Shown here: positions 9,443 to 19,413 of the stretch, in pieces
Position numbering within the stretch: the stretch's first letter is position 1
Layout: each line of letters starts with the position of its first letter
Sequence record: SRR31147125_1397
DNA length: 42,736 nt
Direction: 5' to 3' (one strand)
Translations under genes and position numbers: made by a program
The notes under the pieces: model-generated
What the model was told of the DNA's origin: nothing
Seen by the model: the letters and a program-made list of their open reading frames with translations, nothing else
The model's database searches: none

Positions 9443-9886
9443 ATGTTCAATAGAAAAGAAATTATTGATTTTTCTGTAAGAATGGGTTGTAATAGAGACT
9501 TGACTCAAAAAGGAATGGCTACTACACCATATTCGTCTGTCTTTTGTATTGCTACTTTATCAGGAGTTTATCCTAATCATATTTATTATTGTAATAATCA
9601 AAAATCTCCAAAAGACGTTTATTATTGTGGCGTTTATGGTATACGCTCGCAACATAGATTAGATGAGAGAAATTACGAAACAAGAAAAAATATTGCTGTT
9701 ACAAAAACAGATGGTGTGACAAAATTTGTGTATTTTTTTGAAAAGACAGGGATATATTCGAAACAATATTTTTTTCATGGTCGATATAAATATGTAGATC
9801 ATAAGATTATTGACAGTTCTAATGAAAAGCATAAAAACGAAATATTATTTCATTTAAAATATGTTGATAGACCAAATTTATCATAA
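9443..9886 (+). CDS. Hypothetical protein, probable stand-alone SRA-like (PUA-fold) domain
   Basis: Strong GGAGGT RBS. Pattern Y-x-N...VYYCG..G..Q...N...VYFFEK...YxxxGRY..V...FHLK recalls SRA domains of modification-dependent nucleases. Confidence 0.55.
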   Translation: MFNRKEIIDFSVRMGCNRDLTQKGMATTPYSSVFCIATLSGVYPNHIYYCNNQKSPKDVYYCGVYGIRSQHRLDERNYETRKNIAVTKTDGVTKFVYFFEKTGIYSKQYFFHGRYKYVDHKIIDSSNEKHKNEILFHLKYVDRPNLS

Positions 9887-9955
9887 TATTTAAAAGTATT
9901 AATATACTTGATAGAATGCATTAAAGTATAGTATCAATTTAATTGGGGAGCAAAG

Positions 9956-12900
9956 ATGACTGAACAATTTAAAAAAATGAGATAAAATTAATAACCAATC
10001 GCACTGAAAAAAGCTTTTATCATGAATTAAGAAATTCTTTTCGATCATGCAAAGCTTTTTATATATCAGTTGCATTTGTAAATGCTTCTGCATTAGGATT
10101 ATTCAGCCATGAATTACATGCATTTGATGAAAATAAAAAAGGTAGATTTATTACAACAAATTATATGTATGGAACAGATCCCAATGCACTAGTATTTTTT
10201 AATAAATTTAAAAATATTGACGCTAGAGTATATGATGTACATCAAAAATCAAATGGTTTTCATACCAAAGGTTACATATTCGAAATGAATGACCATTATA
10301 GAATTTATGTAGGGTCTTCAAATCTTACACAAAGTGCATTAAAGACAAACAAAGAATGGAATGTCTCAATTGTTTCTAAATCAGATGCAACTATTAATAT
10401 GTTTCTTGGTGAATTTAATGATTTATGGGAAGAAAGTATACCTTTAAGTTTGTCATTTATAGAGTCTTATAAGAAAGAATATTATAATAAAAATGATTAT
10501 AAAAAAACAGAATTGTATAAAAAGATTATGGCATTTATTCAGCAATCTGAGGGATATAATTTTATCAAAGATTTATCAAATTTCACTGATATAAGTGAAG
10601 AAGAATTAAAAGAAAAAATTGAAAACGCATATAAAGATGAAGTTTCTCCAAATTTGATGCAAGAGGCAGCATGTCAAAGTTTACGATCATTTAGAGAAGT
10701 GAATGAGAATAAAGCTTTAGTTATTTCTGCTACAGGAACTGGGAAAACTTTCATGGCTGCTTTTGATGTTTCTCAGTTTAATGCTGAAAAAGTATTATTT
10801 ATCGTTCATCGTGAAAAAATATTACGAGATGCAATGAATACTTTTAAAATGATAATGCCTGATAAAACTATGGGTATTTTATCTGGTAATCATCACGATA
10901 TTGATGTAGATTATCTTTTTTCAACAAATCATATGATGGGTAAAGATACTATACTTCAAAAGTTTGAAAAAACTCAATTTGATTATATTATTATTGATGA
11001 AGCTCATCGCTCTGCAGCGAGTACATATCAAAAAATATTAAAATATTTCCAACCTAAGTTTTTACTTGGCATGACCGCGACACCAGAAAGAACAGATGAC
11101 TTTAATATATATAATTATTTTGATCACAATATTGCAGTTGAATATAGATTAAGAGATGCACTAGAGAAAAAACTAGTTGTACCTTTTCAGTATTATGGTA
11201 TAGAAGACGCAACAACAGATTTATCTAAAGTTAATTTAAATGATATAGATAAATTGGCTGAACTATTATCTGTAAATAGACGAGTTGATTTAATTATCGA
11301 AGAAATTTATAAATATCCATATAATGGTAGAAAAAGACACGTCTTAGGTTTCTGTGTTTCCAAAAAACATGCTAAATATATGGCTAAAGAGTTTAAATTA
11401 AGAGGTTTAATCGCTGTAGCATTAACTGGTGAAGATAGTGAAGCATATAGAGATGAAATCATAGCACGTTTGTCAGCTGTAAGTGATCCATTAACTTATA
11501 TTTTTACAGTGGGTATATTTAATGAAGGAATAGATATTCCTTGTGTCAACACCATACTCATGCTAAGACCTACTGAGTCACCTATTATATTCACACAGCA
11601 ATTAGGTAGAGGGTTAAGAAAATATAAGAACAAAGAGTTTTTAACAGTTTTAGATTTCATTGGCAATCATAGAAAAAACTTTATGTTACCTATTGCTTTA
11701 TATGGAGACACTACACTAGATAAAGATGATTTGAAAAAGTCTACCATAAATGATTTTTGGGATATTCCGGGAGATGTTTTTGTCAGATTAGAAGAGCAAA
11801 CGAAAGAAAGAATCCTAAGACAACTTGAAACTGTTAACTTCAATACTATTAAATATTTAAAAGAAATCTATCAGTCAATTCTTAATAGATATAGATCCAT
11901 AAATAAATCTGTAAAATATTTACCAATTAATGCTATTTCAACTGAAGAGTTTGATGCTGTAAAATTTATTAATTATAGTAAGTCATCCTATTTTGATTTT
12001 ATTCAAAAAATACATGAAGATATTTCTTTTGAAAATGCATATCATTTTGAAGAAAAACAGAAATACTTAAAAAGTATTGATCGTTTCTTACCTATTAAGA
12101 ATCCCTTGCTTTTTATTGTCATTCAATTGGCGATTACCCATAAGAATCTAAAAATTGATACAATCATTCAAGAAGCATCTAAATATAGTTTTTTATGTGA
12201 TATTCATGATATTCGTTTCATTATTGACTTTTTGAATCAAAAATATATCAATAAAACTGAAGCTAAAAGGTATAAAAATATTTTTGATGTATCAGGTGAT
12301 GGTATAAACTTAAATACTGAGTTGCTGTCTTACTTAAAAGAAGATCTAAATTTTTATAATTATTTCACAGAATCATTGGATTATGGATTAACAAGATATC
12401 GCTATGAGTTTAACCAAATTCAGCTAGTAGATTCATTTAAACTATATAGTATGTATAGCTATAGAGATATTGCTATAAATATAAAATTTGATAAGGATCA
12501 TTCGTCTTTTAGAAACAGTACACATTTTTACAATAATAATTTTTATCTATTTGTAACTTTAAATAAAAATGATCAAAATTTTAAGGAGAGTACGTCATAT
12601 AAGGATGAATTTATTGATAATAAAACTTTTCAATGGGAATCACCAAATAATACTTCAAAAATAAGTGATACCGCAAAAAGAATCAGAAATCATATGGACA
12701 ACCATACAAATATATATCTTTTTGTTAGAAAAAATAGAAAAGAAGATGGTGTAATTCAAGGTTACTATTTCTTCGGTAAAATGAATTATATAAGCGAAGA
12801 GAATGAAAAACCAATTAAATATAAATTTAATTTACAGAATAAAGTACCTGATGATATTTATATTAAATTAAAAATGAGGAATTATGATGAAAAAATTGAA
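9956..12900 (+). CDS. PLD nuclease - SF2 helicase - DUF3427 protein (SauUSI-like type IV restriction enzyme); frameshifted at its 5' end
   Basis: HTKGYIFE..GSSNLT..N.EWN (PLD), ATGTGKT, DEAH, TATPER, QQLGRGLR, and C-terminal LFVTLNK..YKDEF..FQWESPN..LFVRK (DUF3427-like). The frame is open from 9973; GGGGAG RBS and ATG 9956 lie one frame off across A7 at 9971-9977. The track ORF is 10165..13263. Confidence 0.85.
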
Positions 12901-13263
12901 GTTGTAGCAGCTATATTTAAAAAAGATAATAGATATTTTTGTGCACAGCGTAAAAATGATGGGGAATTGGCAAAAAAATGGGAGTTTCCTGGCGGTAAAA
13001 TTGAAGAAAACGAGTCTCATCAACAAGCACTAGCAAGAGAAATAAAAGAAGAGTTATCTGCTGATATTGTAGTGGGAGAATTCTTAATGACAATTGAACA
13101 TAAATATAATTCATTTTTCTTAACAATGCATTGCTATTATTGTGATATAATTAAAGGCGATTTGGTAATAAGTGAGCATCTAGATTCTAAATGGCTGACA
13201 GTAGAAGAAATGAAAACTTATGATTTTGCAGATGCGGACAAACCAGTATTTAAATTATTATAG
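12884..13263 (+). CDS. MutT/NudG-like Nudix (d)NTP pyrophosphohydrolase; in frame with the helicase as sequenced, probably a separate gene
   Basis: IEVVAAI, WEFPGGKIEENESHQQALAREIKEEL Nudix box; internal GAGGA RBS with ATGATG at 12884/12887. Confidence 0.85.
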
Positions 13264-13275
13264 AGGAGAAGTGAC

Positions 13276-13878
13276 ATGAGAATTTCAGTAGGAGGCATGA
13301 TTGCCTCAGGTAAATCAACACTAGTCAAAAGACTAGGAGAAGCACTAGAACTTCCAGTGATGGAAGAATTTGAAAAAGATGATGAAGTGTTTAATACATT
13401 ATTAGGATGGTTATATGAGCAAAAGGATAATGTAGAAATGCTTTTACAAATATACTTTATTCATAATCATTGGTTAAATCAAAAGAAATATGATTCAAAC
13501 TTTATTGTTGACAGAGATTTAATTGAACATTGGTTGTTTGCACAACACAATCTTCAATCAATGCCAACAATTATGAATATGTATAATGGTGTTTTCCATG
13601 CATATATGAATCAAATAAAGAAAGCTGACTTATATATTATCTTAGATGTAGATTGGCCAAACTTTAAAGAACGAGTATTATCAAGAGGTAGAGAACAAGA
13701 AATTGAAAACTTCGATAAAAATGAAACATATTTTAGATCTTTAATATCTGATTATGTACCTAAAGTAGAAGCGCAATGTCGTGTTTATGATGTGCCACAT
13801 ATCATTTTAAACACTTCTGGTAAATCAGAAGATGAAGTATTTGAATTAGCACTAGAAGCAATTAAAAACGTAAAGTAA
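13276..13878 (+). CDS. Deoxynucleoside kinase family protein
   Basis: GGMIASGKST P-loop, LQIYF, VDR and RGREQE lid motifs; GAGGAG RBS. Confidence 0.9.
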   Translation: MRISVGGMIASGKSTLVKRLGEALELPVMEEFEKDDEVFNTLLGWLYEQKDNVEMLLQIYFIHNHWLNQKKYDSNFIVDRDLIEHWLFAQHNLQSMPTIMNMYNGVFHAYMNQIKKADLYIILDVDWPNFKERVLSRGREQEIENFDKNETYFRSLISDYVPKVEAQCRVYDVPHIILNTSGKSEDEVFELALEAIKNVK

Positions 13879-13881
13879 TGT

Positions 13882-13911
13882 AAAAAAACTTCACTATTGT
13901 GGAGTTTTTTT
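13882..13911 (+). terminator. Intrinsic terminator
   Basis: AAAAAAACTTCAC-tatt-GTGGAGTTTTTTT hairpin. Confidence 0.8.
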
Positions 13912-13943
13912 ATATAATGGTCATAGATACACAAAGGAGACAT

Positions 13944-14741
13944 ATGTATATGACATTTCAAATGTGGTCATTCGGACACTACTTATTTTTATTATCACCA
14001 TTTATAGTAGCTGCTATATTTCATATTGCTTTTAAACATAAAACATATGAACAAAAAAGAAAAATAGGAATTATCACAAGCATCATTATGATATTATTAC
14101 TACTTGGAAGAAATATAGAAATATTTGTTCGAAGAGATTTTGGATGGGATCATGAATTGGTCCCACTTCAAATATGCCATTTTGCAAATTTTGTTTTATC
14201 ATATGCATTTGCAAAAGATTCTAAACCTGTCTTTGGATTTGCTTTACTCTTTAATTTACCCATGGCATTCTTATCCATATTATTTGCTGATGGATTAGAA
14301 AACTATGATACTATCTTAACTTTTAGAGGAATTGCATATATATTTGGACATATGCTCATTGTTTCAACAACCCTATGGGCATTTAGTGAAAAGTTTGCTG
14401 TTTTAGATAGAAAAGTATATGAAAATACGATACTTATCGCTTTTGTTTTATTTGTATTGTCAATTTTTGAAAATAATTTATTTCGTGTTTCTGGATTAGG
14501 TAATGCTAATTTCTTCTATACATATAAACCAGAAAAAGGAACACCTATCGAAATGATTTTTAATTGGGGACAAAATGTCGTCATCAGTGATCGTTTTATG
14601 ATAAATCCTATATATATTGTGGGTATGTTGTTTCTGGGATTATTAATCATTAGTTTAATGTATGCAATATTTAAAACTGTAGAAGTAGTTACATCTAATA
14701 GTGAACAACCTTCGAATGAAATAGAAAAAGTTACAGTATAA
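13944..14741 (+). CDS. YwaF/TMEM164-like integral membrane protein
   Basis: Multiple transmembrane segments with FGHY, PLQICH, GH and NANFFY motifs; AAAGGAG RBS before ATG 13944. Confidence 0.7.
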   Translation: MYMTFQMWSFGHYLFLLSPFIVAAIFHIAFKHKTYEQKRKIGIITSIIMILLLLGRNIEIFVRRDFGWDHELVPLQICHFANFVLSYAFAKDSKPVFGFALLFNLPMAFLSILFADGLENYDTILTFRGIAYIFGHMLIVSTTLWAFSEKFAVLDRKVYENTILIAFVLFVLSIFENNLFRVSGLGNANFFYTYKPEKGTPIEMIFNWGQNVVISDRFMINPIYIVGMLFLGLLIISLMYAIFKTVEVVTSNSEQPSNEIEKVTV

Positions 14742-14742
14742 T

Positions 14743-14775
14743 CATAAAAAAACTCTTGCCAGAGTTTTTTTTATG
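14743..14775 (+). terminator. Intrinsic terminator
   Basis: CATAAAAAAACTCT-tgcc-AGAGTTTTTTTTATG hairpin. Confidence 0.8.
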
Positions 14776-14786
14776 TCAATTCTACA

Positions 14787-14856
14787 TGCAAATCGTTTGC
14801 GACGATATGTTTTTATGTTATAATATTCTCGCAGATTAATTGCAAATCATTTGCAA
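14787..14856 (+). promoter_or_regulatory. Promoter with repeated palindromic operators, Zur/Fur-family-like
   Basis: TGCAAATCGTTTGCG (14787-14801), CGCAGATTAATTGCA (14830-14844) and TTGCAAATCATTTGCAA (14840-14856) flank the extended -10 TGTTATAAT (14816-14824). Confidence 0.7.
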
Positions 14857-14870
14857 GAAGGAGAGTAAAT

Positions 14871-15734
14871 ATGAAAAAAATTATATATGCAAGTCTATTT
14901 GTTTTCATGATATTAACATTAGTATCATGTAAAGATTCAAGCGATTCATCAAATAAAATTGATGTATCAGTTAGCATCGTCCCTGAAAAAGCATTTGTGG
15001 ATGCCGTAGGTAAAGATTTGGTAGATGTTCATGTCGTTGTACCCTCTGGTTCTTCACCAGCAACTTATGAACCAACACCACAAGAAGCTGTTGAACTAGA
15101 AAAAGCTGATATCTTTTTTGGTATCGGTGTTCCAACTGAAGCAGATAATATCTTACCATTAGTTAGTGATGATACAAAAGAAGTATTATTACATGTAGAA
15201 GTTGCGAAAGAGATCGATGAAATTATGGTTAATGGAAAACGAGATGTTCATATTTGGTTATCTGTTGAGAGAGTGATAAAAATGGTCGAAATCATACGTG
15301 ACGAGTTGATATTACTTTCACCTGAACATAAAAATACATTCACTGACAATGCAGCAGCATACATCTCATCGCTTAATGAACTAAAATCATATGCAGATGA
15401 GCAATTAAGTGATCTTGAAAACAAAAAGTTTATTGTATATCACCCAGCATTTAGATACCTAGCAACTGAATTTGGACTAGAAATGTTTGCTTTAGAGCAA
15501 GATGGTAAAGAAGCTGATGCACAACGCATAGCTGAAATGATTGATTTTGCTAAGGAAGAAGGTATAAAAGTTATTTTTTATCAATCAGAATTCTCGAGTG
15601 TTCAAGCTGAATCATTTGCTGAAGAAATCGGTGGGGAAACAATGCAATTAGCACCATTAGCTTATGATTATATTAATAATTTAAAATCAATGATTGACTT
15701 ATTGCATGAGGTCATGACAAATGAACAAGGATAA
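14871..15734 (+). CDS. znuA: Zn/Mn ABC transporter substrate-binding lipoprotein (ZnuA/TroA family)
   Basis: Lipobox LVSC, SPATYEPTP, DVHIWLS and VYHPAFRY motifs. Confidence 0.85.
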   Translation: MKKIIYASLFVFMILTLVSCKDSSDSSNKIDVSVSIVPEKAFVDAVGKDLVDVHVVVPSGSSPATYEPTPQEAVELEKADIFFGIGVPTEADNILPLVSDDTKEVLLHVEVAKEIDEIMVNGKRDVHIWLSVERVIKMVEIIRDELILLSPEHKNTFTDNAAAYISSLNELKSYADEQLSDLENKKFIVYHPAFRYLATEFGLEMFALEQDGKEADAQRIAEMIDFAKEEGIKVIFYQSEFSSVQAESFAEEIGGETMQLAPLAYDYINNLKSMIDLLHEVMTNEQG

Positions 15735-16467
15735 TGCCATAAGTATTTCTAATCTCTATGTATCATACGGTATGACACCCGCTGTAGAAGATGTTTCATT
15801 ACACATAAAAGAAAATGATTTTATCGCTATTTTAGGTCCTAATGGAGGCGGTAAAACAACCCTTGTTAAATCATTATTAGGATTAATTGATAGTGATGGT
15901 GGCGATATCTTAATATTTAATCAACCACTAAACTACGATAAAAATGATATTTCATATGTTCCACAATTTTCTACGATTGATCGTACATTTCCTATGCATG
16001 TAGTAGATCTTGTTTTACTTGGTGGATTACCAAGTAAAACAAAGTGGTTTCAAAAATTTTCTACACAAGATATAGAAAAAGCCATGAAAATTCTAAAAAT
16101 CATGCATATTGATCACTTGAGTCAAAGACAAATTGCTCAAATGTCAGGTGGAGAGTATCAAAAAGCATTGATTGCAAGAGCAATGATGAGTGATCCTAAA
16201 ATACTTGTTTTGGATGAACCAACATCAAATGTTGATCAACAATCTAGAGCTGAGATTTATGCGCTACTATCTACATTAAAACAACGTATGACAATTATTA
16301 TGATTACACACGATCAAATTGCATTATCAAGCCATATTGATCGTTTGATATATTTGGATAAATCCATAAGATATGATGGTGATATTAAGGGATTCTATCA
16401 CTTTACACAATCACTATATCAAACTTCTGAAATCATCGATAAAGATTTAGGTGATTTAAATGCTTGA
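15721..16467 (+). CDS. znuC: Metal ABC transporter ATP-binding protein
   Basis: GPNGGGKTT, YVPQ, MSGGE, LDEPT and ITHD motifs. Confidence 0.88.
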   Translation: MNKDNAISISNLYVSYGMTPAVEDVSLHIKENDFIAILGPNGGGKTTLVKSLLGLIDSDGGDILIFNQPLNYDKNDISYVPQFSTIDRTFPMHVVDLVLLGGLPSKTKWFQKFSTQDIEKAMKILKIMHIDHLSQRQIAQMSGGEYQKALIARAMMSDPKILVLDEPTSNVDQQSRAEIYALLSTLKQRMTIIMITHDQIALSSHIDRLIYLDKSIRYDGDIKGFYHFTQSLYQTSEIIDKDLGDLNA

Positions 16468-17326
16468 TCTTTTACTAAATTATAGATTTATGCAATATGC
16501 AGTATTGGCAATTGTTTTAGTTAGTATACTAAGTGGCATTTTAGGTGTGCTCATTGTAGAGAAAAAACTTATCATGATGACAGGTGGTATTGCACATACA
16601 ACTTATGGTGGTGTGGGATTTGCATATTTTATAGGCATTCAACCTTTGATTGGTGCATTTTTAATGGCAATTTTAGCTTCACTTGGTATTGGCCATATCA
16701 AACGCAAGCAACTCGCAAAATCTGATTTAATGATTGGACTATTTTGGTCGTTAGGCATGGCTTTAGGCATATTGTTCATTGCATTAACACCTGGATATCC
16801 ACCAAATATTCAATCCTTTTTATTTGGTAATATTTTAACCATTACAACATTAGAGTTACAAACACTTATTGTGACAACACTTTTGACCATGGTTTTAATT
16901 ATACCGTTTATGAATTATTGGAAATTATATGCATTTAATGAAGAGTTAGCCAAAATACAAGGTATAAAAATTAAGACCATGGATTATGTGTTTTTTCTGC
17001 TGATGGGAATCTCAACGGTTGCATTAATGAAAGTGATAGGAATTATTCTCATTATAGCGCTTTTTACTGCACCAACTGCTATTGCTGAATATACAAGCAA
17101 GAGATTTCACACGAGAATCATGCACACTATATTTATTACTTTTATGACAATGTCTTCTGGTTTGTTGATTTCATATTATTTTGGTATATCAGCTACTGCG
17201 ATTATCATTATATTATTTGTATTACTATATATCGTAGTCTTATCAATAAACCGTATATTTTTAAAACATAAAACTAAAGGAGAAATCTATGCAAAATCCA
17301 GAAATGTGGGATCGCAAAGCATGTGA
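16460..17326 (+). CDS. znuB: Metal ABC transporter permease
   Basis: GIAH, FLFGNIL and VIGIILIIAL motifs; hydrophobic; operon context. Confidence 0.88.
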   Translation: MLDLLLNYRFMQYAVLAIVLVSILSGILGVLIVEKKLIMMTGGIAHTTYGGVGFAYFIGIQPLIGAFLMAILASLGIGHIKRKQLAKSDLMIGLFWSLGMALGILFIALTPGYPPNIQSFLFGNILTITTLELQTLIVTTLLTMVLIIPFMNYWKLYAFNEELAKIQGIKIKTMDYVFFLLMGISTVALMKVIGIILIIALFTAPTAIAEYTSKRFHTRIMHTIFITFMTMSSGLLISYYFGISATAIIIILFVLLYIVVLSINRIFLKHKTKGEIYAKSRNVGSQSM

Positions 17327-18047
17327 TTTTTATTTATCACAATTAAATGATAAAAGTCATTTGGTTAATGATGTGATCAATTTATTAAAACAAAAAGAGA
17401 TACTAAATCCAACCTATACACTCATTGATGTCGGTGGTGGAACAGGAAGATATGCTATACCATTAGCAAAATATAGTAAGCATGTCACTGTAAGTGACTT
17501 TTCAAAAGAAATGTTAAAATATGCAAAGATTTATGCAGATGATAACAAGTTAACCAATCTTAACTATGTACATGAAAATTGGAAAGAAAAACAAATTGGA
17601 AATAATGAAAAATATGATGTTGTATTTTCATCAATGTCAGCAGCTACTAGAGAACTCTCAGGTGTTGATAAAATGATTGAATCAAGTAAAAAATATTGTG
17701 TTTTAAATCAGTTTGTTAAATTCAGTGATACAGTAATTGACCGTTTCAAATCAGTTTTAAATATTAAAGATGCATATGATCCACATGAAGATGCTCAATA
17801 TGTCACAAAAGTTATTGAAAGATTATATGAAAAAGGTTTTTTTCCAGAGGTGCAAATCGTTTCCATTCAAGAAGAGAAAAAATATGATACTGATGAAGTG
17901 TTAAATAGATATAAAGGACGATTTTATAGTGCTTTTGAAAAACAAAATAAAAACTATGAAGAAACTGTTTTGTCACTAGATCATCATGGACAAATTCATT
18001 TAATTAAAGAAGTGAAACTTGCAGTGATTACATGGCAAGTTAATTAA
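17289..18047 (+). CDS. Class I SAM-dependent methyltransferase
   Basis: LIDVGGGTG, DFSKEML and YDVVF motifs. Confidence 0.85.
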   Translation: MQNPEMWDRKACDFYLSQLNDKSHLVNDVINLLKQKEILNPTYTLIDVGGGTGRYAIPLAKYSKHVTVSDFSKEMLKYAKIYADDNKLTNLNYVHENWKEKQIGNNEKYDVVFSSMSAATRELSGVDKMIESSKKYCVLNQFVKFSDTVIDRFKSVLNIKDAYDPHEDAQYVTKVIERLYEKGFFPEVQIVSIQEEKKYDTDEVLNRYKGRFYSAFEKQNKNYEETVLSLDHHGQIHLIKEVKLAVITWQVN

Positions 18048-18054
18048 TCATCAT

Positions 18055-18110
18055 AAAAAACAAAGCAAACGGCGATGTCATGATAATTTATTGCCGCCTT
18101 TGTTTTTTTT
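18055..18110 (+). terminator. Intrinsic terminator
   Basis: AAAAAACAAAG..CGGCGAT / ATTGCCG..CTTTGTTTTTTTT interrupted stem. Confidence 0.6.
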
Positions 18111-18165
18111 ATTTAGTGATTTTTGATATAATAAATTTATACAAAATTAAACATGGTTAAGACAT

Positions 18166-19380
18166 ATGGAATTTATTGATAACATTAAAGCCTTTATTAT
18201 TAAACATAATTTAATTGATTTTAAAACAAGAAATCATAAAATGTCATTGGTCGCAATGACACTTAATTTTAGTGTGGCTGTATTTAAAATACTAGCTGCA
18301 TTTTATATTTCTTCATATTTCTTAATCGTATCAAGTTTTTATTCAGTTGGTATTGGGTTAACGAAACGTATTTTCTTTCGAGGTGTTATGCGCGCGAAAG
18401 AAAATCCTTATAAAGAGAAAAAATATGTTTTATTAATGTATGGCATGCTTTTTCTAAGTTCTATTGTATATATGATATATATGATTCGACTATTCTATAT
18501 AAACGAAGAACCATTTAATTATGGTCGATTTATCAGTTTGATTATTGTGCTTGTTTCGATCATAGAAATTATTTCTGCGATTATTGGATTAGTTAAATCA
18601 ACGAATTTAAAAGACTCTTTATTAACAGCATTAAAAACTGGGATGCTTGCAAGTGCGCTTATATCAATTGTTGTTGCGCAATCAGCTTTCTTGACATATA
18701 TTTCAAATTTTGGGACTGAATTTAGAATTTCAAACCCAGTACTTGGATTAGTGATGGGTTCTGTTGCAGCGATAATGACACTTGTGATGTTTGTTAAAAC
18801 AACAAAAACAAAGATTAAACCATTATCTGAGATGACTGAAAAAGAATTATGGATGCTATTTCCTATTCATTTAGTTGGTTATAAAAAAGCATGGGAAAGA
18901 CGTTATAAACGACAATCTAGATACATTAAAACACATATTAATGATGGATCAATCATCTTAATGGATCATATAGGATCGACTGCCATTAAAGGTATACAAT
19001 CAAAAGAAATTATTGATATTATGATCGTCGTTTCAGATGATGTTGATTTAGCATCATTTAGTAAACGGTTAATTAAACTTGACTATAAAGTGATGCGAGA
19101 AGATGATAAACGTATTGATCTTAATAAAGGATATACACGTCTTGGCTTTGCAAGAGATGTTTTTCATGTTCATTTAAGAAGAAAAGATGATATTGATGAA
19201 ATATATTTTAAAGATTACTTAAACGAACATCATGAGCTTGCACGTGAATATGAATCTTTAAAAATATTTTTAAATGCGATGCATAAAAATGATCGCGATG
19301 CATACATGAAAGCGAAAAATGAATTTGTTGATCACATTACAAAAACAGCAAAGAAACAATTGTCTAAACCACTTTTGTAA
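18166..19380 (+). CDS. Membrane protein (about 6 TM) fused to a GrpB/UPF0157 nucleotidyltransferase-fold domain
   Basis: Hydrophobic first ~210 aa, then LSEMTEKELWMLFPI, HIGSTAI, IIDI, FHVHLR, FKDYL..H...A.EY..LK and DRDAY..AK motifs. Confidence 0.8.
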   Translation: MEFIDNIKAFIIKHNLIDFKTRNHKMSLVAMTLNFSVAVFKILAAFYISSYFLIVSSFYSVGIGLTKRIFFRGVMRAKENPYKEKKYVLLMYGMLFLSSIVYMIYMIRLFYINEEPFNYGRFISLIIVLVSIIEIISAIIGLVKSTNLKDSLLTALKTGMLASALISIVVAQSAFLTYISNFGTEFRISNPVLGLVMGSVAAIMTLVMFVKTTKTKIKPLSEMTEKELWMLFPIHLVGYKKAWERRYKRQSRYIKTHINDGSIILMDHIGSTAIKGIQSKEIIDIMIVVSDDVDLASFSKRLIKLDYKVMREDDKRIDLNKGYTRLGFARDVFHVHLRRKDDIDEIYFKDYLNEHHELAREYESLKIFLNAMHKNDRDAYMKAKNEFVDHITKTAKKQLSKPLL

Positions 19381-19413
19381 GCAAAATTTGATATAATATG
19401 TTTGAGGGATATT

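Noticed and set aside
8850-9886. Link between queH and the defence cassette as a 7-deazaguanine DNA modification system
   Set aside because: QueH acts on tRNA queuosine, and no dpdA/tgt-like or preQ0 synthesis genes are in the window; probably just an insertion site.
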